A DNA stretch of 63,753 nt, counting the filler, from Octopus bimaculoides (Eukaryota), in assembly GCF_001194135.2 (NCBI RefSeq). It is 5 parts of 4 records of this genome, joined end to end, with 100 filler letters (N's around TTAATTAATTAA, not from the genome) between each part and the next. Parts side by side here need not be neighbours in the genome. Positions count along the whole stretch, not along the records: positions 30,824 to 58,508 come from NC_069002.1; 4 more parts are not named here. One strand, 5' to 3'. Under the pieces are notes generated by a model that had not been told where the DNA came from, searched no databases, and saw nothing but the letters and a program-made list of their open reading frames with translations. Numbering within the stretch: the first letter of the stretch is position 1; every line of letters starts with the position of its first letter. Shown piece by piece: positions 37,714 to 50,544 of this stretch. Position numbers and translations under genes: made by a program.

Positions 37714-38280
37714 CTTTAAAGTTGAAAAAAAAAAACACACAGAAATTAATTAACTTGTTAATTAATTATGACAGATATAGATAATTAAAACAAAAGTGTT
37801 ATTGCAATTTGATAAAACATTGTAAGTGGTATCTATATTTATGTGTGCATACAGTTTTTGGTGGATTCTGTATGTGTATGTGTNNNNNNNNNNNNNNNNN
37901 NNNNNNNNNNNNNNNNNNNNNNNNNNNNNNNNNNNNNNNNNNNNNNNNNNNNNNNNNNNNNNNNNNNNNNNNNNNNNNNNNNNNNNNNNNNNNNNNNNNN
38001 NNNNNNNNNNNNNNNNNNNNNNNNNNNNNNNNNNNNNNNNNNNNNNNNNNNNNNNNNNNNNNNNNNNNNNNNNNNNNNNNNNNNNNNNNNNNNNNNNNNN
38101 NNNNNNNNNNNNNNNNNNNNNNNNNNNNNNNNNNNNNNNNNNNNNNNNNNNNNNNNNNNNNNNNNNNNNNNNNNNNNNNNNNNNNNNNNNNNNNNNNNNN
38201 NNNNNNNNNNNNNNNNNNTTAAATTAAATAATATCAATCATAGATCAGTTATTAATTCATTGATTTAGAGTTCTTCTTAC

Positions 38281-38378
38281 CTGGATCTCCACAAGCTTTA
38301 CTGTAAGCCTCAAAGTAGTCATTCATCTTTTTGAAACCCATTTTATTAATATCGTCTTGGAGGGCAGTACTTCCAAAT
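38281..38378 (-). CDS. INPP4: INPP4 exon
   Basis: ctgtag acceptor, GTAAG donor; (K)FGSTALQDDINKMGFKKMNDYFEAYSKACGDP, similar to FGDxSLQExIN; 98 nt. Confidence 0.92.
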
Positions 38379-39322
38379 CTACAGAGACACATGGAGCAAG
38401 AATACCATTACAGAATAGTGCCATGATCAAAAGCGTTCCAAGCATGACTGCCCCCCCCATCATCCTTCTCTTAGGAATTGTATATATTAGATTATAATTA
38501 TCAATGTGTCATGCTTTTTCCAAACATAGATGATTTAAAGTAGGTCAAACATAGAGTTTTGCTTAGAGTTTCCTATAAACTTTGTCAACAATTAGTAATT
38601 GTACGGGTCCCTTGACATGGGGTAATCACATTTTTGTAATTGAGCCAATAAGGTATCACACAGCCCCCTTCATTTAGTTGAAGCAGCAACCAAGGATAGC
38701 GGCATCTATGAGGGGTACTGAACCCAAAAGGCCTGGTTGGAGGCCCAACTTTCAGAGTTCTTTTACAGGGCTTAGAATAACTGAAGCACCACTTTTCAGC
38801 ACCCACTCATACATTGCCATTTGACCTGTTAAAAACAGCAGCTAAATCTCATTTAAATCACAACCTGCCATTTAATAAAAAGCTAAGAAGAATGCATTGA
38901 CCAATGAATTCCAACAAGCCTTCTTCACATGTAAATAAAGGCAGGATGGTCAAAGCTGGCATGCTTTTGATCATAAGTCTAATTGGTCAGAATTGGCCTG
39001 GGGTTAAACAACAAATACTTTCAAATTTTAGCAACCTACACAATGAATAAACACCACCATGTAGTAATTACATGGAATATAAGCAGCATCATGTAGGAAT
39101 CACACACTTGACACCTACTCACAACAGCCACACACACACACACACACACCCCGTCACACTATAAGCCCCACAACATAGAGACAAGTTCACACACAAACAC
39201 ACTAAAACACAACTTTTCCATGGTACATGTGATACTTTTGCCAACAGTTTTTGTGACTGCTGCTGCTGTTTTTCAAATCGAAACCAAAACCCCAAAACCA
39301 GAAAAGAGACAAGGATTCTTAC

Positions 39323-39463
39323 TTTTCTGCTAAGGTAGCAAGTTCATTAATTCCAATATTGAAGTAGGATGTTGAGACATTGATGTGGTGGCCACTTTGC
39401 AGTTTGCTGGGAAGTTTGTCAAACATGTGGCTCAACAAGGGAATACAAACCACCACTGAGTGT
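39323..39463 (-). CDS. INPP4: INPP4 exon
   Basis: attacag acceptor, GTAAG donor; (R)HSVVVCIPLLSHMFDKLPSKLQSGHHINVSTSYFNIGINELATLAE, with the conserved FNxGINExxTLAE; 141 nt. Confidence 0.94.
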
Positions 39464-39789
39464 CTGTAATAAAAGAAAAGAATTTCTCATTTAATTTTTG
39501 TAAAAAAAATCACAAAAAGAAAAACAGAGAAGGTTTAGGACTTGATATGGAATGGAAGAAGAGAAAGGAAGAGGGGAAACTTTTGTTAATATTAAAACAT
39601 TTAATCCTTTAGTATTTAAATTACTCTGTCAAATTGTTTTGAATTAATCATGCATTATCTTGTAGCCTTGAGATTTCAGTGGTATGACTGTTTATGTTTA
39701 GAATGACGTTGTAAGGGTAGGTGGGAAAGGCTGGATCTCGCCAGTTTGAACATAAAACAGGTAGAATATTTGAACCTGAAATGGCTGTT

Positions 39790-40010
39790 TAAATGCTTAA
39801 GGGTTGAATTATCAATACTGTGAAAAGTGAACAGATTTCATGGATTCTACTAACTTGGAGTACAGGGCATCTCCTGAGGCAGCAGTTATCTCCCTTATGC
39901 ATCACATGTCGATACCAACACAACCTTCTCTCTTTCACACTACATCTGATTCTCTTTATGCCCAGTTCTTCTCTCAGTCGATTTCTATTGTAGCATTCAC
40001 AGACACTGAC
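39790..40010 (-). mobile_element. RTE-clade LINE RT C-terminal fragment
   Basis: MLQWISNVSV...LREELGIKRIRCSVKERRLCWYRHVM resembles the RTE motif MLRW...LR..LG....RRLRWYGHV. Confidence 0.7.
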
Positions 40011-40607
40011 ATTGGATATCCATTGGAGCATGTTTGTTTTTATTTCTTTCCAGCCTTTGCAAGCTTTCTGCATTCAAGTCCATATCTCTCTACCGTGCAG
40101 CATCTCAATTCAAACTCAAATATAATGCCATCTGCTTTTTACAGAGAGAAAAGGCCCTTGTTGCCAGCAGAGACAGCAGCTCCCTAATGTTTTCCAAACC
40201 CATTCTTTCCCCAGTCACTATACTTTCGAACAACAGCCGGCACTGTTAATTATGTTACCAAGGTAACAGAAGCTACCAACTACTTCTAGTGAACCAGCCA
40301 AACATTTTAGAGAACTTATTTCTACTCAGGGATCTTTAAGGTACACCCTGACACCTCTTCACCATTATTTCTATCTTTTTCCAGCTACTCCTAACCTCTC
40401 TTCTATAATTTTAGTAGCTGTGTAGCTATCCTACAGCAAGAAACCTGTTCCGGCTCCTTTCATGCTTTAACCCCTTATCCCAAAGCATGAAGCTGCCTAT
40501 TTCTCTACTGTAGGCCAAATCAAGTCAAAGGAGATGTTAGTTTTGCATGGCTATACAAGAAGAAGAAGAAGAAGGCGAAGAAGAAGAAGAAGGCGAAGAA
40601 GAAGAGG

Positions 40608-41183
40608 AGTACTCAGATAGTGCAAACCTCCACCAAGGCAACATCAATGCCCTTTCAACAATTAGCCAGAGATGATTTTTTTAAATGAGAATATCTGAAA
40701 TAAACTCGACTGCTCTCACAAACAAGAATACTAAAAATGAACACAGCTGCTCTCAAAAATTAAGTAAAAAACCAGAAAAATAATGCAGAATCCTTGTCCA
40801 GTACCTGGTGGAATGTGAAGGTGGCTGTAGAAAATTTAGTAACAATAATGATGATGAATAAATAGTTTATCCTTATCTAATACAAGCCAAAGTTAACAAA
40901 TTCACCATTCAAAATAGTTACAGCCTGAAGGGAGATAATTGAGAAAGACTTGAAAGTTAACGTAAGATCGTAATCATGTAAAGTAAATATAACAAATAAT
41001 CCAGAATCCTTGTCCTGTATCAGGTCGATCCTAAAATCTAATCACTTCGAGGCAGTCATGAGGCCAAACATCCCTGGAAGTTTCATCCGAATCCATCCAG
41101 CGGTTCTTGAAATATCTTATCCACAAACAAACAAACAAATACAATAGAAAACAATACCTCCACCTTCGTTAAGGTGGAGGTAA
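40608..41183 (+). mobile_element. Helentron/Helitron-like non-autonomous element
   Basis: 5' actcagatagtgcaaacctccaccaagg; internal aagtttcatccgaatccatccagcggttc and (CAAA)n; perfect 12-bp 3' hairpin at 41155-41182. Confidence 0.6.
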
Positions 41184-41524
41184 TAATAATAATAATCTTT
41201 TCTTTATTGGTCACAGGAGCCAACACAAAACAAAAAGGGGCAATACAACACAGGGGACAAGTGCGGCTTAGCTCAGTATTTGTGTATAAAATAATATCAA
41301 CAACAAAAATTTAACAATAAAATTCCCCCAAGAGGGGAGGAGTTCCTCTCACAGCCAACAAAGGAACCCCACACATCCTTGTCATCTCAGCTACCAAGGG
41401 TACCTCAAGCAGGCACCTCACTCATTCTCAACTATTCCAGCTCACAAGTGTATGTTCAGAGTAGGCCCATCACACAGGCCATCCAACAATAATAAGAATA
41501 ATAATAAAATTAAGATAGACTCAC

Positions 41525-41560
41525 CTGTTCATATCAGGATACCTGCCCTCTTTTACAAAA
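41525..41560 (-). CDS. INPP4: INPP4 36-nt micro-exon
   Basis: Strong tttcttccag acceptor and GTGAGT donor; (D)FVKEGRYPDMN(R); phase 2/2 joins the flanking exons in frame. Confidence 0.8.
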
Positions 41561-42256
41561 CTGGAAGAAAGAAGAAACAGAAAGTTTCTTAAGATCAATG
41601 TGTCTTGTACAGGTGAAGGACTTCCATGAAGAAATGTGAAAATATATAAGGAAATTACAAAAACAATGAATGACATTTTGTAAAATACCAAAGTAAAATG
41701 AGGTCCTCTTGTGTTAAAACATGGAAAACAAGTTTCCTTATTTGAAACCTAATGATTCTATTTGTGTCAGATGCTGAGCTTTTAAATGAAAAACAAAAAA
41801 GGATAAATGTAAAACAACAAAATAAACACATCTCAATGAAATTGCCATAGTAGACAGGGCATACATTCTACTCAGTTTAACACAACTACGCCATCCAGTT
41901 GTTGGGCAATTTGAGTTCAGGTGATGGCTCTAAACATGAAATCTCAGTCAGCTAGCTAGCTAGCTAGATAGATAGATAGATAGATGGATGGATGGATGGA
42001 TGGGTAGGTGAAGAGAGATGTAAATAGAGTAAGTCGATAAGTACAGTCAGATGTGTCTTTATCTCTTCGCAAACACAGATGGTAGGAGACAGACAAAGAG
42101 ACAGAAAGACAAACAAGTAAACATGTTATATATATACCAAGCCTATTCTTTGTTCTAGTAATCACTGCTATGGCCATACTGGAGTATTGCCTTTAATTAT
42201 GAGATAGTGGGGTGGAGGAGAAAGAAAAGAAAGAAATTTATGGAGAAAATACTCAC

Positions 42257-42501
42257 TCGGTAAGTTGAAGTGATGGTTGTAATTCTTGAACCTCATCTTT
42301 GCGTGTCAGTTTGAACTTGATGCTGGCAAGATCTTCGACGGCAACCGACATATCTTCAATGATGCCCATCTCCTCAGCATGGCAGCTCACTAGACCTTCA
42401 AAATGCAGCAGAACCCCAACTTTGTAGAGCTGTTCCAGAAACTGGGCATTCTCCAGGTTCTCATAGATCTTGGAAATAAAGCCAGCAGTTGCTACGGTTA
42501 C
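42257..42501 (-). CDS. INPP4: INPP4 exon
   Basis: ttgcag acceptor, GTGAGT donor; VTVATAGFISKI...FLEQLYKVGVLLHFEGLVSCHAEEMGIIEDM...DL; 245 nt. Confidence 0.95.
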
Positions 42502-43008
42502 CTGCAAGAGGAGAGATTAGTTAGCAGTTGCAACATCCTTATCATCACAAAGTACCAACAGGGACAGCCGGAGCATCAATTCTTAAAACTAAAATCTCCC
42601 TAATCAAATTCTCTTAACCCTTTAACCCTTAAACTGGTCATATCCAACCAAAATATTCTACCTGCTTTATGTTGAAACTGGCCAGATCTGACCTCTCACA
42701 TCTACCCTACAATGTCATTCCAGAAGTAAACAATAGGCACAGCCATGGGTGTGTGGTAAGAAGCTTGCTTCCCAACCACATGGTTCCAGGTTCAGTCCCA
42801 CTGCATGGCACCTTGGGCAAGTGTCTTCTACATAGGCCTTATGAGTGGATTTGGCAGACAAAAACTGAAAGAAGCCCATTGCATGTCTTTGTGTGTGTAT
42901 TTGCGTGTGTCCCCCCCCCCATCACTGCTTAACAACTGGTGTATGTTTCCTTCTCTGTAACTTAGCAGTTTGACAGTTTAAAAAGAAATCGATAAACAAT
43001 GTACTCAC

Positions 43009-43077
43009 TGCGTGACTGAATGATATATCTCGTCGATACTTTATTGTCTGCAACAAGGGGACATGTTCTCGGTTTTC
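43009..43077 (-). CDS. INPP4: INPP4 exon (not in ORF track)
   Basis: ttgtag acceptor, GTGAGT donor; ENREHVPLLQTIKYRRDISFSHA, with the conserved YRRDxxFxQ; 69 nt. Confidence 0.92.
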
Positions 43078-43247
43078 CTACAAAACAAGATTTCACAATT
43101 AGCTTGAAATATAACAACAAGATCACCATTTATCAACATCATCATCATCATTATTATTCATTATTAGAGATGGAAGCAGTATTAGTACCGAAAAGCAATC
43201 TATATATCTTACTTAACATGGATATTTACTCATATAGCAAGGCATCG

Positions 43248-43289
<42 letters not shown>

Positions 43290-43908
43290 AGTACTTTTAC
43301 AGACGAATACCACATGTATGTATATTTGAACTCAGAACATTATATATACTTATATATATATAAATATACGTGTGTGTGTGTGTGTACATACGTACATATA
43401 AAAGCACCCACTACACTCTCGGTGTGGTTGGCGTTAGGAAGGGCATCCAGCTGTAGAAACTCTGCCAGATCAGATTGGAGCCTGGTGCACCAGACTCCAG
43501 TCTGATTTGGCATGGTTTTCTACAGCTAGATGCCCTTCCTAACGCCAACCACTTTACAGAGTGTAATGGGTGCTTTTACATGCCACTGGCATGGGTGCCG
43601 TTTACGTGACACCAGGGTGTGTTTTATGTGCCACCGGCACAGATGCCAATTTTGTGTGACACCAGTATCTGCCACAACTGCGATTTTACTCAGCTTGATG
43701 GGTCTTCTTCTCCTGGTAATTTGTTTTTTTTTATTTCCTCCCGTTCTTTTGTCTATCAATCACTCTAGTATCAAAACAGACCAGTAACAATGATTAAACC
43801 AACATAACCTTTCCTCTTTATTGAGTGCAACAATATCTGGGCACGAATGTTCCATTTGCCTACCCATCTGAAACCTATCGTATTATTATTATAAGTAGTA
43901 GTAGTAGC

Positions 43909-43981
<73 letters not shown>

Positions 43982-46048
43982 AATCAAGCAAATGTCTCCC
44001 TTTTCCACCCAGTACAGCTCCAAGTCTCTCAGCCATGTACACTGTCTTCTTGTTGTTGCTGCCTGTGGTGGTGGGGAGGTTTGCTGTTGTAATCTGTGAA
44101 GTGGTTAGTCTAATTACCATGTTCATTATAAAGCTATTTTCTTTCGTTGTTAGTTTGTGTACTTTCTCATGATACATTATAAAACCGAGAGAGAGAGTTT
44201 ACATTAAGTAAACATATCATCATCATCATAATCATCATTGTTGTCGTCACCACCATTTTATGTGTTTTCTATGCCACCATGGGCCAGGTGAGTCATGACA
44301 ATCAGAATCAGTTCTTAATTGAAGTTGCTACCCTCCTAGATGGGTTGAAGGACAATGTCTCACTTGTACGATCTATTTTGGGTCATGGTTTCTACAGCTG
44401 GATGTCCTTCCTAACACCAACCACTTTACAGAATGTATTGAGTACATTTTATCAGGGCACCAACATTAGTGAGGTTTCTTTCTATTTCACAAGACAAATG
44501 AGTAGAGTCCCCACAATTCTACACCTATTCAGGGTAATATGGTAGGAATGCTATATTTACTGACAAAATCTGTTAGTAATAATTCATATAGTGTGTGTGT
44601 GCCTGCGTGTATGCGTACGCATGATGTTGGTGTATTGTATGACATGATGTAATGACATTGTATAGTACGTAGCTGTGTTATATTGTATTGGTATGTTGTG
44701 TGTGTGTGTGTGGTATGCCAGTTGTAGTACTGACGTGAGTGTAACATATTCAGCAGAGCAGTAGACAAAATATATGAGCATATTTAATTACATTCTTTCA
44801 CATTCTGAATGGAAGACCCACTTAAATTGACTTTTCATTCTATCAATGATTTTCTGGGTTGAGAAAATAAGCAGCAATCAAGTAATTAATGGAGTTAATT
44901 TAAACAGCTACAATAACAATTGCTGCCACACACACCCTCGGCCACCACCACCACCACCGCCACCGCCGCCGCCACCATCAGACCATTCTGACTTTGTGTC
45001 AATGCTAGAAGTCAGTTTTTATTCTATCTGCACTCTCAGACCCAGGAAGGTAGGTTTCCAAGGATTCTCTGCTCATAATTGAAATGAAAGTCAAGGAGGC
45101 AGGGATAAAGTTTTCCTCCAATAGTTGAAGTGGGACCCAAGAAGGTAGGGATAGCGTGTGACTAACAATTCCCATGGGGAGTGAGTAAGCCTTAAGGAGG
45201 CAGAGGTAACCTTCTGAGACATTTTCCTATAAAGATGAAAGCAGGTATAAAATGTCACTGAAACCTTGTCACAGACATCAGCAACACAGAAAGTATGTGG
45301 TAGCTTAGTGAATGGCCTTTTATTTTTGACCTTGTACTTGTTTCAGTCATTTGACTGTAGCCATGCTGGAGCACCACTTTTAGTCGAACAAATCGATCCC
45401 ACGACTTATTCTTTGTAAACCTAGTACGTATTCTATCAGTCGATTTTGCTGAACCACTAAGTTATGGGGACATAAACACACCAACATAGGTTGTCAAGCG
45501 ATGGTGGGGGACAAACACAGACACACAAATGCATACATACATACATGTATATATGACAGGCTTCTTTCAGTTTCCATCTACCAAACTCTGAGTAACACCG
45601 TATAGCTTATACTTTATAACATATCTTTACTAGCTAAGAAACAGCTGTAAGCTGATGAAGTTCATAAGATAATTGATGATGTGGCTTTCAGGCAGCAAAT
45701 GTTAAAGATGCTGCCATCAACCTTTATTTATTTATCCTTTTCCCATACATTTTTCCCTCATATAACTCTTATTTCTTTCTAAATAATATATATGTTCCTT
45801 GTCTTGTTGTAATTTTATGTTATATGTATTTATTATGTTGATGTAAATCATTAACATAAAATGATTATCTAAATTTTCGTCTCTTCTTATACCAAGTTAT
45901 GTAATATATGATATACACACACACAAATGCATGTACACATCTATACACACATATTAATACAGAGATACACTCACATAAATACATACAATGGTAATTTTAA
46001 TCCCTAACTCCCCGGCCTAAGCCATAACTCACATGCAAATATACTCAC

Positions 46049-46246
46049 CAGCAGTAGTAAGAATGTTAGAGACAGATTCGCTCGTTTGAAGAGTATCTCA
46101 ATAAATTTCTGAAGTTCAATCACCCGTGGGCTGATTTCACTCAGCCACTTTGGTATGTCCATGGGGTTGTTCTTATTCTGGATCAAATCGTCCACAAGCG
46201 ACATCAGACACATTGTGGCAGCCTCCGTATTCACACAAGACATGTC
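46049..46246 (-). CDS. INPP4: INPP4 exon
   Basis: accacag acceptor, GTGAGT donor; DMSCVNTEAATMCL...WLSEISPRVIELQKFIEILFKRANLSLTFLLLL, similar to W...L.P....L........KA..A..FLL; 198 nt. Confidence 0.88.
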
Positions 46247-46627
46247 CTGTGGTAATAAGAAAACAACCACAGATAAATAGACAAGGGAGATGAGAAAGAG
46301 AAAGTCAGAAATGAGATAAAGAAACATAATGAGATAGAAAAAAAATTTGGTCAGGAGATCATAGAAATTTTTCTGACAGGCTCACATAATAAAAAAAAAT
46401 TATATACGGTGTGTGCATGTGTGTGTTTTATTTATTTCAGTCATTAGACCATAGTCATGCTGGAGCACTGCCTTCAAGAATTTTAGTCAAACAAATCAAC
46501 CTTAGTACTTATTTTTTGTCTTTTTAAGCTTAGTACTTATTATATCGGCCTCTTTAGTTGAACCACTAAGATATAGGATATAAATACACCAACACTAGTT
46601 GTCATGGAGCAGTGGTTAGGAACAAAC

Positions 46628-46699
<72 letters not shown>

Positions 46700-47012
46700 C
46701 ATGCTTCTTTCAATTCTTGTCTACCAAATCCATTCACAAGGTTTTGGTCAGCCTAAAGCTATAGTAGAAGTAGATATCGCTATAGAGCACTGTACAATGG
46801 AGACAAGCATTGTATGAACACGAACATACACATTTCTTAACTTTATCATTTTTATATCAAAATAAATTTTTCCATGGAAAATTTTATATCATTTAAAAGC
46901 TTTGGATGGGAACATTTTCTCAAATAGTTTTTATTAAAACCTGACAGTTACATATCGTGTCAGGGTCCCTCAAACACCCTGGTATTTTCACGCATTTTCA
47001 AAGTTTGTCCCG

Positions 47013-47051
<39 letters not shown>

Positions 47052-47685
47052 AATTGAACGGTAGCCCTTGTTCTAGTTCAATGTGCTCAAATCTGATAGG
47101 AGTAGGTCAGATGAATCATTACATAATATCAAAGTGAAAATTTTATCGTTAATTTTTCACTCAGAAAAGAATGTAGTTTCTTCAAGATTTTTATATCATG
47201 GCCATTGCTGATTCTGGCCATGGTGTAGCAAAAAAAACACAAAGTGAAAAAGGAGGGTGGTACACTGATGCTTTTTGTGTACGATTAACACAAATTGACA
47301 GTACTTGTTAAACTGAGAAGTCACATGGAAGACAAATTCAAGGCTTCAAATATCATTTTTCCAAAATTTCAAGAAACAGACAAATTAATTGGTAAGTAAA
47401 CATATTTCTATGACAATTTGCACTCAAATGAGTTAGACAGAGCCTCTAGAGCCCAGAATTAGCAAGTAACCATTATATTGATTCTGTAATGTTTATTCGT
47501 TATTCCAGTGAGCAGGAATGTTTCTCTCTAAAGACACTCTTGTCTGAAGACAGAGAAGCAAAATCATTCCACCAGCTTCAAACAAATGGTTTCATTTGTA
47601 ATACATAAAAAGAAACAGGTTTCACAAGTGACCTTGTTCAAAAATGGCAAGTGGAAAGCATCATCGATGGCAACCGCTGTCTCAC

Positions 47686-47756
47686 AATCTCCTTCGAAAC
47701 AGCAAAGCCTTCTTGTAGTTTCAAGGAAAACATCTGAACTATTATCTCCCAATGAG
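47686..47756 (-). CDS. INPP4: INPP4 exon (an alternative acceptor 6 nt upstream would start it at 47762)
   Basis: (A)HWEIIVQMFSLKLQEGFAVSKEI, GTGAGA donor in phase 0; loose similarity to the vertebrate EWEKVWxNVxKSL segment. Confidence 0.65.
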
Positions 47757-47860
47757 CTGTGACTAAAAGTTAGAGAAGACATGTTGGATTATAAGTATCA
47801 ATACATTTATGGAATTTTCAGGTTGTTGTTCCCTTGATGTGATGTCATCCTTAACCTTGC

Positions 47861-47924
47861 CTTCATTGCTACTATGGACGGCAGTCTGATGAACCAAATG
47901 ATAAGTGCCAAGTGAATTGGTATT
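47861..47924 (-). CDS. INPP4: Tentative INPP4 exon with GC donor
   Basis: Strong ttttctgtag acceptor; NTNSLGTYHLVHQTAVHSSNE; the AG|GCAAGG donor gives the phase 1 required by the next exon. Confidence 0.5.
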
Positions 47925-48419
47925 CTACAGAAAATAAAAGAATTCTCTTACACAGGAAAATCTGGTGAATACCCTTTAGAAGGCAGAAAAAAGGTGGGAA
48001 AAAAAGTGGCCAGTAAGCCACAACAGAGAATTGAACTCTGTACCTCTTAAATTCTGGCTAAGCGCTCTGTACAATTAAGCTAAGAGACCCCTGACTTCTA
48101 AGCTGTCTTCACAATTCCTTTATTTCCAGATAAACCTGTTTCAAGGGAAACAACTACCAACTGGGATTTGACATGAACTTTTTACAATGTAAATTTTCTG
48201 GCTCAATTCATGGCTGAATTAAACTCAAACTAACAGATGGTCAACCAAAGTGCAGTGAAAATACTTCAATCAAACCCCAATTCTCTACCAATGTTTCTTC
48301 AAATTTTTTGGCTGCAGGTGTGCACAGAATTTTGCTTACATGAAAATTTTGTCTTTCTTTATGAAATAGGTACACATCCATGTTATCATCACCCAAAATT
48401 TATAAAGGAGAATCAATTA

Positions 48420-48458
<39 letters not shown>

Positions 48459-50234
48459 NNNNNNNNNNNNNNNNNNNNNNNNNNNNNNNNNNNNNNNNNN
48501 NNNNNNNNNNNNNNNNNNNNNNNNNNNNNNNNNNNNNNNNNNNNNNNNNNNNNNNNNNNNNNNNNNNNNNNNNNNNNNNNNNNNNNNNNNNNNNNNNNNN
48601 NNNNNNNNNNNNNNNNNNNNNNNNNNNNNNNNNNNNNNNNNNNNNNNNNNNNNNNNNNNNNNNNNNNNNNNNNNNNNNNNNNNNNNNNNNNNNNNNNNNN
48701 NNNNNNNNNNNNNNNNNNNNNNNNNNNNNNNNNNNNNNNNNNNNNNNNNNNNNNNNNNNNNNNNNNNNNNNNNNNNNNNNNNNNNNNNNNNNNNNNNNNN
48801 NNNNNNNNNNNNNNNNNNNNNNNNNNNNNNNNNNNNNNNNNNNNNNNNNNNNNNNNNNNNNNNNNNNNNNNNNNNNNNNNNNNNNNNNNNNNNNNNNNNN
48901 NNNNNNNNNNNNNNNNNNNNNNNNNNNNNNNNNNNNNNNNNNNNNNNNNNNNNNNNNNNNNNNNNNNNNNNNNNNNNNNNNNNNNNNNNNNNNNNNNNNN
49001 NNNNNNNNNNNNNNNNNNNNNNNNNNNNNNNNNNNNNNNNNNNNNNNNNNNNNNNNNNNNNNNNNNNNNNNNNNNNNNNNNNNNNNNNNNNNNNNNNNNN
49101 NNNNNNNNNNNNNNNNNNNNNNNNNNNNNNNNNNNNNNNNNNNNNNNNNNNNNNNNNNNNNNNNNNNNNNNNNNNNNNNNNNNNNNNNNNNNNNNNNNNN
49201 NNNNNNNNNNNNNNNNNNNNNNNNNNNNNNNNNNNNNNNNNNNNNNNNNNNNNNNNNNNNNNNNNNNNNNNNNNNNNNNNNNNNNNNNNNNNNNNNNNNN
49301 NNNNNNNNNNNNNNNNNNNNNNNNNNNNNNNNNNNNNNNNNNNNNNNNNNNNNNNNNNNNNNNNNNNNNNNNNNNNNNNNNNNNNNNNNNNNNNNNNNNN
49401 NNNNNNNNNNNNNNNNNNNNNNNNNNNAGCTGTAGAAACTCTGCCAAATCAGACTGGAGCCTGGTGTTGCCATCCGGTTTCACCAGTCCTCAGTCAAATC
49501 GTCCAACCCATGCTAGCATGGAAAGCGGACGTTAAACGATGATGATGATGATGATGATGATGATCAAATGTAAGTGCTGTATGTTATTAGCTCACTCCCC
49601 TCCATCAAACTGACATTGCCTGAAGAAGTGCACCACAAGTCAGGTGTCAAAGAAATTGCAAAGTAACATGGGATGAAGTGTTTTGCTCCTGAGCACAATG
49701 TGCCATCGGGTCCAGGAATTGAAAGCGTAATCTTAAGCCCTAACCTCTAGGCCTTGTACCCTCACATATTTCAACACAAAGTAAAGAGTAAATGGTGTAA
49801 ATATGTATCAAACACAGGAGGAAAACATGATAATTTGTCGGAACAGACAACAAAGTGGACTGTCCAGTTATAATTATCAAATCAGTAGATAGGTCCAGTG
49901 TAATCCGTGGGTAGGAGAGGTGCAGCCGGAGAGTGTAGAGTTCAGAATTAAAAAATCCAGAATGAAAGAAGGTAGAGTCCAGAAGTTCGTGTTTGATGAG
50001 TAGAGACAGGATTAGCTGGTGCGACCACGTGAGCGTGTATTATATATGGGAGAATATAATTATCAAAACCAACAAAAAAGAACCTCAATACAGATGCTAC
50101 AATCATTCACTACATACTCAGCAGAATCACTGAAGAAATAACAGATGCCCTTCTCAACTCAAATAAGAACAACAGCTTTGAGAAAACTACAAAATAAACT
50201 TAAAAGGAAAACAATAAAAGACAATCGTATTCAC

Positions 50235-50512
50235 CTGCAGATTTAGTTGTTCCATTGCTTCTTTCAGTTCAGCTGCAGTACCTTGCATTGCAACACGGCA
50301 CAGCCGCGAACACCGGAAATGGACAGCATGTTTCAGAGATGCCAAGCAGTTCAGCAAATGGCAGGCTCTGTCAAGTTTTGACTGCTTGCCATGGCAACCC
50401 TCTGGAGCACGCATCTCTCGTAGATCCTCAAGAATACGTAGAAGTCCACCACATTTGAATTTTTGGGAGAAAGCTGCCAGAGAACCATGAGTAATGCAGT
50501 CATAACAACAAG
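50235..50512 (-). CDS. INPP4: INPP4 exon
   Basis: ttttccag acceptor, GTGAAT donor; CCYDCITHGSLAAFSQKFKCGGLLRIL...EQLNLQ, similar to YDxVTxGAPAAHxQGFKxGGL; 278 nt. Confidence 0.92.
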
Positions 50513-50544
50513 CTGGAAAAAGAAAAGAAAAGGTGAAGATTAAA

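Noticed and set aside
47564-47782. ORF-track frame (HSSLGDNSSDVF...FLNK) as the INPP4 exon
   Set aside because: It needs a weak GTCACT donor and shows no resemblance to INPP4. The other frame has a GTGAGA donor and a WE motif. Not fully excluded.
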